Shown one piece after another: positions 48,714 through 57,149 of a stretch of DNA of 64,000 bases. Made by a program: the position numbers and the translations under genes. This stretch comes from an uncultured archaeon (GTDB lineage Archaea > Thermoproteota > Nitrososphaeria > Nitrososphaerales > Gagatemarchaeaceae). A model generated the notes under the pieces. That model made no database searches, was not told the DNA's origin, and saw only the letters and a list, made by a program, of their open reading frames with translations. The DNA lies in assembly GCA_963817525.1 (NCBI GenBank), contig CAWFOU010000001.1:512001-576000 (forward strand), read 5' to 3'. Within the stretch, counting starts at the first letter, position 1. The number at the start of each line of letters is the position of its first letter.

Positions 48714-49715
48714 CTACGGCGCGCTGACCTTGCCCGACGACTCGAGCAGCGCCTTTACCTTCTGGACCGCCCCGGAGCCGTCCGAGTCCTCCACCAGGGT
48801 GATCCCGTATCCCGCGTTGATCTGCTTGGCGGCCTCCGAGGCGGAAGGTATGGTGATGAGTATCGAGAGCTTGGGCCTCAGGTCGTATGTCTTCGCGAAG
48901 AACGAGATGACCGCGCTTGGCTCCACAGGCCCGGCGTCCACGGCTATCTGGATCGCCACGTCTCCGTCCTGTCCGCTGGCGTCTATGGGCTTCTTGGCGT
49001 AGACGTCGAGGGTGTGGTTGGTCCCGGAACGCCCCTGGAGCGTCGCGGGGGAGGTGACGGAGTAGCCGGAATGAGCGAGGAGTTCGACCAGCGCGGGCGC
49101 GAGGATGAGGGTGTTCTTGAGCTGCGCCACCACCGACTCCTCGACCGCGAACGTGTAGGCCGCCGCAAGGAGTATGTCCGAGGTGCTGAACTCGTGCCCG
49201 TCCCTGCACTTGAACACCACCTTGGGAAGGCTTGTCTTCGTGAGGCAGTTCTGGCATTCGAACCACACCCCGGAGGTCCTCATCTCGTCTGCCTTGCGTA
49301 TCGGGCGCTTGCAGTTGGGGCATACGAGATAGCCGTTCTTGTCGAACTTCGAGTCGGCGTCTATGTAGCCGCAGTATAGGTGCTCCACGAGGGTGGTCTT
49401 CCTCATCTTCCGCGCCTTGCACTTCAGGCACTCGAGCTGGATGAGAGGGTCGGCCCTGAGGTGGGCGGGGCAGGTCACGAAGTCCTTGTAGGTGGTCCTC
49501 TTGAGTATCCCGTCCGCGAGCATATGTTCGATCCAGACTTCCGTGGCCGCGGAGCCTCCGAGCACCTCCTCGGCGGCCATGTAGTGGAGCAGGCCGTCGG
49601 CGCCCACCTCGGGGGAGAGGGACTTGTCGTCTACGATGAGCCGTCTCAGGAGCTCCCTGGTCTTCGGGTCGCTCAGGAGCTTCTGCCTTTCGGACTTGTC
49701 GGACGATACTTGCAT
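48714..49715 (-). CDS. TackOD1-like multi-Zn-ribbon protein with C-terminal Mrr-like (probably inactive) domain
   Basis: CPAH, CLKC, EHLYCG, CPNC, CQNC, C..GH; then GYSV......GRSGTNHTLDV. Confidence 0.7.
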   Translation of the reverse strand: MQVSSDKSERQKLLSDPKTRELLRRLIVDDKSLSPEVGADGLLHYMAAEEVLGGSAATEVWIEHMLADGILKRTTYKDFVTCPAHLRADPLIQLECLKCKARKMRKTTLVEHLYCGYIDADSKFDKNGYLVCPNCKRPIRKADEMRTSGVWFECQNCLTKTSLPKVVFKCRDGHEFSTSDILLAAAYTFAVEESVVAQLKNTLILAPALVELLAHSGYSVTSPATLQGRSGTNHTLDVYAKKPIDASGQDGDVAIQIAVDAGPVEPSAVISFFAKTYDLRPKLSILITIPSASEAAKQINAGYGITLVEDSDGSGAVQKVKALLESSGKVSAP

Positions 49716-49723
49716 CTATTGTC

Positions 49724-50587
49724 TCATCTCACGAAGATCGTGAAGACCACGATGTTCAGGACTGCGAGTATTATCACGTGCTTGAACCCGGCCGCGAACG
49801 AGGCCTCGCCGAGCTTGCCAGCCCCGAGCCCGCCGAAGACCGACTCCATGAGCCCCATCTGCAGGAAGGCCTGTTTCAGCGCGGGGAGGCTAAGGCCCCC
49901 AAGGCCCGCGAAGATGCTGACCCCCTGCCCCGCCTTGGCAGAGGACGCGAATATCTGTGCGAAAAAGGTGTCTATGAGCACCACGGAGATGGCGAGGAAT
50001 ATGCCCACCGCGATGTAGATGGTGGCGACGTAGGGCCGGAGGGCGTTCTTGGTCTCCTTCTCGATGTTGTGAAGCTCCATGGTGTGCTGCTGGATCGCGT
50101 CGAGGACGTCCTGCGTGTTCCCCCCCGACACGCTCGCCTGGGCGAGGGAGGCGAAGGTGCGCTTCGCAAGCTGCGAGTCCACCCGCTTCTCCTGGTTCTG
50201 CATCACCTGCTCGAAGGTGAGGCCCCACGAGAGCTGGACCTTGTCTATCCTCAACTGCTCCGTGAGAGGGCCGTAGTCCGTGTCCGCCGCGAGCTCCATC
50301 GCCCGCGTGATGTTGAACCCGCTCCTCACGCTGCCCGCCACGTCCGCGAGCATGTTGGGGATGTTGTCGTCTATCTTGGTCCGCCACCTGTTGTACGACC
50401 TCTCGGCGAGCCCCGGGAAGATGAAGCAGGCTATCGCGGCCAGGGTGGCCGTTGTGGCGAGCGGGAAGGGCAGAGGCACCTTCAACACCAGGTTGGTCAC
50501 GACGAGGATGGAGGCCGCCAGCGCGGAGCACGCGGCCGTGACCCCGTACATGAGCGGCCGCCTGTAGTGGAACTCGCGGAGCTTCAT
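49724..50587 (-). CDS. Type IV pilus platform protein (T2SSF, TadC/FlaJ-like)
   Basis: IDDNIPNMLADVA..RSG..ITRAME....DYGPL; TM helices. Confidence 0.9.
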   Translation of the reverse strand: MKLREFHYRRPLMYGVTAACSALAASILVVTNLVLKVPLPFPLATTATLAAIACFIFPGLAERSYNRWRTKIDDNIPNMLADVAGSVRSGFNITRAMELAADTDYGPLTEQLRIDKVQLSWGLTFEQVMQNQEKRVDSQLAKRTFASLAQASVSGGNTQDVLDAIQQHTMELHNIEKETKNALRPYVATIYIAVGIFLAISVVLIDTFFAQIFASSAKAGQGVSIFAGLGGLSLPALKQAFLQMGLMESVFGGLGAGKLGEASFAAGFKHVIILAVLNIVVFTIFVR

Positions 50588-50593
50588 GCTCTC

Positions 50594-51496
50594 CTACGCT
50601 ACCTCCTTGCTGATGGTCGAGTCAGCGACGACGAGCACCGCCAGGCCCCCGAGGGGCACGAGGGCGTAGGTGATGAGGTAGATCAGGGTGAGGATTCCGA
50701 AGCCTCCGATGCTCCCTGAGATTATCCCTATCACCGAGAACATGATGAGGAGTAGGAGAGGCGTGACGACGAGCAGGATGGTGTAGAGCTCCGCGACGAA
50801 TCCGACCGACTCTCCTATCGTCCGGGCCTTTAGCCTCTTGTCGAGCATGAGGGAGGAGGCCGACCTGAGGAGGTATGACTTCACCTCGCCTCCGGTCTTC
50901 GACGCGGAGATGAAGCCGTCGAGGAAGTCAGCGAAGTTATCGGACGGCGACCTCTTCTCCTCGGCCTCGAGCGCGTGCTCCAGGTCCATCCCGAGGAGAG
51001 ACATGTCTCTGACTATCATCTTCGCCTCTTGGTTCACGACGTCGGAGGTGTCCTCCTTCGCGAGCGAATGGAACATGCTCTCGGGGGTCATGCCGGCCGA
51101 CGCGAGGACGGCCATGTGCCCCACCGTGAAGGAGAGCTGCGAGTCGAGCTTCCTCCTCCGTGACCCCGCCACGAACTGCGGGTAGAGGTAGAAGCCGATG
51201 AACGCGGCGACGCCCACCAGGAGGGCGAACCCGAACGGGAGGAGGATACGAAAGAGCAGGAAGCTCTTCAGGAACACCGCGACGAGGAAGCCCGCCAGCG
51301 CGCCGCCGACGACCCCGATGAGCGAGGCCGCGACCATGCCGGCCACATAGGCGTCGAAGGGGATCCGAAGCCCGGCCTTGGAGAGCTGCGGCCCGAGCTC
51401 CGCGAAGTACTTGTCGAAGCCCTTCAGGGAGGACCCCAGCAGGATGTAGGAGGTCCCGAAGAAGTTGGTGCTGGAGCCCGCTCCCTTCGCCTTCAT
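50594..51496 (-). CDS. Type IV pilus platform protein (T2SSF, TadB/C-like)
   Basis: LSKAGLRI, MAVLASAGMTP, LLGMDLEHALE...SPS. Confidence 0.9.
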   Translation of the reverse strand: MKAKGAGSSTNFFGTSYILLGSSLKGFDKYFAELGPQLSKAGLRIPFDAYVAGMVAASLIGVVGGALAGFLVAVFLKSFLLFRILLPFGFALLVGVAAFIGFYLYPQFVAGSRRRKLDSQLSFTVGHMAVLASAGMTPESMFHSLAKEDTSDVVNQEAKMIVRDMSLLGMDLEHALEAEEKRSPSDNFADFLDGFISASKTGGEVKSYLLRSASSLMLDKRLKARTIGESVGFVAELYTILLVVTPLLLLIMFSVIGIISGSIGGFGILTLIYLITYALVPLGGLAVLVVADSTISKEVA

Positions 51497-53331
51497 GCCC
51501 TCAGGCCCTCCAGCTCGACCTTCGCCTTGTTGATGACAGAGTAAGGCCCCGCGTAGAACTCCTTGACCTGCTCGGAGACCTCGGTGTGGCTCCTGATGTT
51601 CTTCGCGGCGAGCCAGTCTAGGAAGGTCTTCCTCCCGTCGATCTCTATCCGTATCTCCTCAGGCCGGGTCCCGAACTTCTGGGTGATCTTGTCGAAGAGC
51701 TTGCTCCGCCCGGTGAAGGAGAACTTGTCGACGACCGGGTCCCACTTGAAGGCGTCGTTGAGCACTATCTCGTCGGTGCGGGGGTCGTGCCCCACCACCT
51801 CTGTGACCGCGACGACCCTGCGGACAGACCTGTCCGCGAGCCGGATCTTGAGCTGCATCACGACGCAGTCGAGGGTCGTCCCCACGAGGCTCCGGGGGAT
51901 GTTCATGGGCTCCGAAGTGAGCCTGTTTATCACCGCCTCGACCGAGTCGGCGTGGATGGTCGCTAGACCGCCGTGACCTGTGGCGATGGACTGGAACAGA
52001 GTGAACGCCTCCTCGCCTCGGACCTCGCCGACGATGAGGACGTCCGGTCGCTGCCTCAGCGAGGCCTTGATGAGGTCGAACATGGTTATCTCGCCGGCCG
52101 TGCCTACTCCCCTGGTCACGGATTGGACCCAGTTCTCGTGGGGGATGTTGATCTCGGGCGTGTCCTCGACGGAGACTATCTTCTCTCCCGGGGCGATGAA
52201 CATCGAGAGCGCGTTGAGGGAGGTCGTTTTTCCCGAAGCGGTGCCCCCCGCTATCAGCAGGGCCAGCTTCTTCTCGATGAGGTACCAGAGGTAAGCGGCG
52301 ACGTCGGAGCTGAGGGTGTTGTACCTGATGAGGTCGACGATGGTGAGCGGGTCGACCTTGAACTTCCTTATCGTGAAGGTGCTCCCCTTTTGCGTGATCT
52401 CCTTCCCGTAGGTGAGGTGGAGCCTGCTCCCGTCGGCCAGGGACGCGTCCACGATGGGCTCCGCGAGGGAGACGTGCTTTCCCGCGGAGTAGGCGAGCTT
52501 GGAGACGAAGGTGTCGAGCTCATCCTCAGTCTCGAACTTGATGTTGGTGGGGATCGACTCGTAGTCGCGATACCAGATGTAGATCGGGATTCCCGCCCCG
52601 TCGCAGCTGATGTCCTCGATCAGCTTGTCCCGCATGAGGGGCTCGATCTTCCCGAGGTGGATGAAGTCCCTGTTGAGGTAGTAGAGGAGCTTGGTCATGG
52701 TGGACGGCGGGATCCTGTAGCCGTACTTCCTCGAGAGCTCCTTCACCTTGGAAGAGAGGTAGCGCTCGGCCTTTTCGGCCGTGTCGATGCTGCGGAGGTC
52801 GACGTCGAGCGTGTCCACGAGCAGCTTCTTCAGGCTCTCGAGGCGCGCCTTCTCGGCCTCTGAGAGGGTGGGCTCGATGACCACGTAGGTATAGCCCTCG
52901 CGGCCCTCCTCTTTGGTGACTGCGGCGTAGATGTTGAGGGGAAATCCCTCGAGCTGGACGACGTCCACGAACGGGTGGGCCTCGGCGCTCTCGGTGAACT
53001 GCAGCTCCCCCACCTTCATTGCGCCGTCCTTGCGGACCTCGCTGGGCTCCGCGAGCTCGCTTGGCACCGGCTCGACCGCGACGGTCGGGGCGACGAGGCG
53101 CCTGGAGAACCAGTAGAAGAAGCCCCCCGCGAAGGCTACCGCAATCGCCGCCAAGATGGTCCCGGCGAAGAGGGGCGCGAGCCCCACCCTGTCCACGAGG
53201 ATCGAGGTGAAAGGAAGGCCGTAGCGCGCTCCCGTGAAGGAGTCGAGGCTCTCCACGGTTAGGTAGCCGATGAGAGCAACGGCCAGGACCGCCAGCGATA
53301 ACACTAGCGGACTGACCCTAGGGAGCTTCAC
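51493..53331 (-). CDS. Type IV pilus assembly ATPase (TadA/FlaI/PilB-like) with two N-terminal hydrophobic helices
   Basis: IEDISCDG, FTIRKF, GGTASGKTT, EDTPE, LRQRPD.LIVGEVRG, HGGLATIHA. Confidence 0.93.
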   Translation of the reverse strand: MKLPRVSPLVLSLAVLAVALIGYLTVESLDSFTGARYGLPFTSILVDRVGLAPLFAGTILAAIAVAFAGGFFYWFSRRLVAPTVAVEPVPSELAEPSEVRKDGAMKVGELQFTESAEAHPFVDVVQLEGFPLNIYAAVTKEEGREGYTYVVIEPTLSEAEKARLESLKKLLVDTLDVDLRSIDTAEKAERYLSSKVKELSRKYGYRIPPSTMTKLLYYLNRDFIHLGKIEPLMRDKLIEDISCDGAGIPIYIWYRDYESIPTNIKFETEDELDTFVSKLAYSAGKHVSLAEPIVDASLADGSRLHLTYGKEITQKGSTFTIRKFKVDPLTIVDLIRYNTLSSDVAAYLWYLIEKKLALLIAGGTASGKTTSLNALSMFIAPGEKIVSVEDTPEINIPHENWVQSVTRGVGTAGEITMFDLIKASLRQRPDVLIVGEVRGEEAFTLFQSIATGHGGLATIHADSVEAVINRLTSEPMNIPRSLVGTTLDCVVMQLKIRLADRSVRRVVAVTEVVGHDPRTDEIVLNDAFKWDPVVDKFSFTGRSKLFDKITQKFGTRPEEIRIEIDGRKTFLDWLAAKNIRSHTEVSEQVKEFYAGPYSVINKAKVELEGLRA

Positions 53332-53663
53332 GATTATTTCCGATGAAATACCCCTAGTTAGTTAGAAAAGCGTGTGTAACAGCAGACCGGACAGACGGGC
53401 CTCTGGGCCCCCGACGATGCCCCGCCTAATTCAGGCCGATGTCAGGGAACTTGGCGGTAGGGAGGCCGAGTTCGGATTGGAGGGTCCTGATCCTCTCTGC
53501 GTACTTTAGCATGTTGGGCTTGTCGTCTTGGACCTTTGCGATCTTGTAGGCTCTCCACGCCTTCTTGAGTGCGGCCCAGGACTGCCCGGCGCTGTAAGAC
53601 ATTGTCTGTGCTGGGCTCTTCCCGTCTGGTAGCTATTTAACGCTAATCGCGCGCCAGGGCTCT

Positions 53664-55169
53664 CTAGGAGGTGACGTCGGTCTCGGGCTGCGAGTCGGAC
53701 TCCGATCCTGATCCGGACGCGGGGCCTCCCTCTCTCATGCTCCTTACGAGGTTCGTCAGGAGGAGAAACCGCCTCTCCCAGACCGCCTTCTGGTCGGTTG
53801 CGCCGGTGCGTTCCTCCTGCAGTTCCCTTGTGAGCTCCTCGACCTTCTGCTCGAGCAGCCGCGTCCTCTCGGGGTCGTCGACGAGGGGGACCTCCGGGTC
53901 TGGCCTGCGCTTGAACCAGGCTGTCGGCTTTCCGTTGGTGACAGTCATGGCCGATAGCTTGTACCCCGCGTTCTCCACCTGCTTCACGAGATTCCCGCTT
54001 ATCTCGCCCTTGTTCGTCTCCACGCTGAGGTTGTCTTCGACTATCACGCCGATGGTGTACACCGGCTCCACGTTCCACCTGAATGCCTTTAGGACCTTCG
54101 AGATGCGGAAGGCCTCGTTCATGCTCTCCTCTCCCTCCTGTATGTACGAGGACTTTGCAAGGAGCAAGGTCTCGTGGTTCTTCTTCGGCTTGTCGACCTT
54201 CTCTACCTTTTCCACTTTCTCGGCCTTCTCTACCCTCTTTGCCTTCTCGGTGGCAGCCGGAGCGAGGACAGGAGGGGGTACTGGAACGACAGCTGGAGGA
54301 GGGGGCGGGGCTGCGGCGGGAGCTGGAGGCTCCAAGCTGGGAGGCGCGCGCTCGACCCGCGTCTCGACGATCTGTGGTCTGGCTCGTTTCGGCCTTTCGG
54401 CCCGCTTCTGGGCAGGCTCCGGCGCCGGCAGGGATTCCGGGACGGGAGTGGGGGCCTCTTCGGGGAAGATGCCTTCAAGGGAGGAGGCGACGGAGTCTAC
54501 AGGCGGGGCGGTTTGTGGCTGCTGCAGGAAGTCCGTCTCTCGTGGCTCCGCCTTCTTGGGCTCGGGAGGCGCGCTCCGCTCGGTCGGGTCCTGCTCGAAG
54601 CTTATCGTGTCGGTCTCCCAGGTATAGACGAGGTTCGCGTCTTGGTCCACGAAGCGTGTGCTCCCCAGGAACTCCCTCATCTTTCCGGCTTCCTCGGGCT
54701 TGAATAGGCGCGCGAAGGTCCGGCCGTCCTCTCTCAAGCCTCTGACCCTGATGACGGGCAGGCCGTCGATGGGCGAAGCCCTGGTGTCCACGAGGACTCT
54801 GTCGACCTTGAGGACGGTGGGCGGCTCTTCGCGGGCGGGGGCAGCGAGCGCCGGAGGCTCCCGCTCTTCTCTCTCTTCCCGTTCTGCTCGGGCTTCTCGC
54901 AGGGATGTCGGCGCGGGCTCTGGGTTCTGAGCCTCCGTCTCCTCCTGCGCGAGAGAAGGGGCGCTCTTGGTGACCTGCTGCTCTGCGCTTGGCGCCACGG
55001 GAGGGGCGGCCCTAGGGCCGGCTTCGACGAGTTCATGCCCCGCGTGCTTGAGCCGGAAGTAGCCCACGCTGAGCTCAGAGTAGAAGGTCTCGGTCAAACC
55101 GCAGGTCTTACAGGTGATCGAGAACTTGTGGGACGCCAAGTGCAGATAGTCCGGGTTATTGTTTGCCAT
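53664..55169 (-). CDS. Hypothetical protein: N-terminal C2H2-like Zn finger, Pro/Glu-rich linkers, C-terminal coiled coil
   Basis: CKTC...HAGH; low-complexity PE/PA tracts. Confidence 0.7.
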   Translation of the reverse strand: MANNNPDYLHLASHKFSITCKTCGLTETFYSELSVGYFRLKHAGHELVEAGPRAAPPVAPSAEQQVTKSAPSLAQEETEAQNPEPAPTSLREARAEREEREEREPPALAAPAREEPPTVLKVDRVLVDTRASPIDGLPVIRVRGLREDGRTFARLFKPEEAGKMREFLGSTRFVDQDANLVYTWETDTISFEQDPTERSAPPEPKKAEPRETDFLQQPQTAPPVDSVASSLEGIFPEEAPTPVPESLPAPEPAQKRAERPKRARPQIVETRVERAPPSLEPPAPAAAPPPPPAVVPVPPPVLAPAATEKAKRVEKAEKVEKVEKVDKPKKNHETLLLAKSSYIQEGEESMNEAFRISKVLKAFRWNVEPVYTIGVIVEDNLSVETNKGEISGNLVKQVENAGYKLSAMTVTNGKPTAWFKRRPDPEVPLVDDPERTRLLEQKVEELTRELQEERTGATDQKAVWERRFLLLTNLVRSMREGGPASGSGSESDSQPETDVTS

Positions 55170-55347
55170 GGAGCCTTTCCTGCCGGGCTGGAAGTGTCCC
55201 GAGGAGGCTCGGGGCGGGTCTCCGCGCGGCGTGCTTCATGGCCCGCCCGCACTCTTCGTCACCTGGGGCGGCGGCCTTCAGAGCTCTAGATTGCAATTTC
55301 TAACAACCACGCTAGCTGATTCTGTCGAGGTCTGTGTGCCCTCTGGA

Positions 55348-55500
55348 CTTAAAATCCTTGCGAACAAGTTCGTCGGCGGCCACCCGTGCCCTTGCCGGGC
55401 GCGCGGCCACCATGCACAACAGAGCATGGATGGTGTCCAGGTCCGTCTCATGGGTCCACCCGGCCCGCCGTGAGAACAAGTTGTTCGTCCCCGTTATATG
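55348..55500. promoter_or_regulatory. Divergent promoters, each with dyad motif plus TATA-like box
   Basis: GAACAAGTTCGTC (55362-55374), 7 bp from TTTTAAG (-); GAACAAGTTGTTC (55474-55486), 7 bp from TTATATG (+), 38 bp from ATG 55524. Confidence 0.7.
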
Positions 55501-55523
55501 TGAAACGAGGGTCACTCCGCCCG

Positions 55524-55877
55524 ATGGCTGAGCATCTCGAGACTTTTACAATCGATGCGAGGCGGTCTGACGTCAGGGACCTCTGCGTCAAGTACCTCAC
55601 CGGTTTCAAATACAAGTTCATAGGCGAGGAGGATCAGTCGCTGCTCTTCGAGAAGGGCTCGAAGAGGAAGAACGTCTACACCTTCTCGTTCGACGACGCA
55701 TACAAGAAGGTCAAGCTTTCGGTGGTGGGGAGCGACAAGGTGCCCGTCACCACGGTCTGTGTCCTTTTCACGCTGCCTTTCCTCAGGATGCGAAGGGACG
55801 AGATCGACGGGATAAGGTCGCTCACAAAGGCCCTTCACGAGTTCATCCTCATCACCGTGGGCTACCAGACGGCCTGA
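55524..55877 (+). CDS. Hypothetical protein
   Basis: Codon bias; promoter architecture same as the pilin genes. Confidence 0.7.
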   Translation: MAEHLETFTIDARRSDVRDLCVKYLTGFKYKFIGEEDQSLLFEKGSKRKNVYTFSFDDAYKKVKLSVVGSDKVPVTTVCVLFTLPFLRMRRDEIDGIRSLTKALHEFILITVGYQTA

Positions 55878-55894
55878 GCGCGCAGTAAGCAGCC

Positions 55895-57091
55895 CTAGGC
55901 CGTTCCGACCTCCTTCCTCAGCCTCGCCGCTGCGGCCACCGGGTCAGCGCCGTCTATCAGCAGCACCCCGACCAGGTTCGCGAGGCGCTCGAGCTCGTCT
56001 CCGCTGTATGGAGAGGCGATGACCACGAGGCGCGGGGACTTGATCTCAATGCCCTTCATCACGGCGGCGATAATCGGTTCCCGGGTGGTCTCTTCTTCGT
56101 TTCCCATCACCACCTCGACCGCGAACCCTTTGGAGCCGAGGCTCAGCAGCGCGCCCACCTCGTACTCGGCCCCGGATGCGCCCTTCGCCCGCCCGGGTGC
56201 CTCGACGCTCCACCCCTCGAGGGGGAGCGAGGCCTTCACGATGTCGATCATCGCCCTTGCCCTCTCCTCGGCCTTTCTGCCCGTCTTCAGCTCCCTTAGC
56301 TTTTCGCGCGCCTCCGTGCTGCCCGCGAAGGCCTTGTCGAACATCGGGACCATGGTCGCGGCGTAGTCGCCGCTGTTGGTCCATATGGCGACGTCCCTCT
56401 CGTTCTTCCGCCCCACGACGTCGTCGAGGACGAGCGAGACGAGGACTTGGGCCGCGTCCGCGACCACGATCCTGCTCTTGGCAAAGTCCTCAGAGTGGCG
56501 CATCTCGGTGACGCGGAGGACCGCGTCTGAAGCCTCCGTCGTCTGGTGGTCGCAGACGCTTATGACCCTCGCCTTCACGCCGCGCTTCCTCGCCTCCTTC
56601 AGGGCGTCGGCGAGCCCCAAGAGGTGGAGCTGTAGCAGGTCATTGCGGGTGAGGACCATGTCCAGGCTCGCCGAGGCGGCAGCGACCATCCTTAGGATCT
56701 GGCTGTAGATCTGCTCCCTCCCCTGCACCATCTTGAAGCTGTAGTCCTCGCGCTGCTTCCCCGAAGGGGTCATCGTCCTCCCGATGGAGACGACCTCGGC
56801 CCTCCCCTTCTCCATCTCATCCAGCTTCTTCATCTGGCGGTCCATCATCATGGCCACCACCTGCTCGATGGGCTCTCCTGTGTACTTGACCGGGTTTCCG
56901 GGGCTTGCGATCACGACTCCCGATTCCGCGAGCCTCTTGATTATGCGGTAGGCCTCCATCCTTCGTATCTGCACTGCCTTGGCTATCTCTCCGGCGCTCT
57001 GCGTCCCGTTGGCGAGGAGGCTCAGGTAGACGAGGGACTCCCTGTCGGAGAGGCCGTACTGCATGAGGAGCTTCTGGGCCCTTTCGTCCAA
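55895..57091 (-). CDS. TrmB-family transcription regulator with extra C-terminal Mrr-like domain
   Basis: YGLSDRESLVYLSLL...AGEIAK..QIRRMEAYRII..L...G; KRGVKARVI; IVVAD; C-terminal GWSVE......GASGAEY. Confidence 0.85.
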   Translation of the reverse strand: MDERAQKLLMQYGLSDRESLVYLSLLANGTQSAGEIAKAVQIRRMEAYRIIKRLAESGVVIASPGNPVKYTGEPIEQVVAMMMDRQMKKLDEMEKGRAEVVSIGRTMTPSGKQREDYSFKMVQGREQIYSQILRMVAAASASLDMVLTRNDLLQLHLLGLADALKEARKRGVKARVISVCDHQTTEASDAVLRVTEMRHSEDFAKSRIVVADAAQVLVSLVLDDVVGRKNERDVAIWTNSGDYAATMVPMFDKAFAGSTEAREKLRELKTGRKAEERARAMIDIVKASLPLEGWSVEAPGRAKGASGAEYEVGALLSLGSKGFAVEVVMGNEEETTREPIIAAVMKGIEIKSPRLVVIASPYSGDELERLANLVGVLLIDGADPVAAAARLRKEVGTA

Positions 57092-57149
57092 CTGCGTTGG
57101 AAAGGAGACCCCGGGTTGATAAGTCTACTTCCGGAAGATGGTGCCAGGA

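Noticed and set aside
38620-53331. Archaellum operon
   Set aside because: Subunits have pilin-type, not archaellin-type, N-termini; platform is split into two genes; no recognisable flaF/flaG or chemotaxis genes
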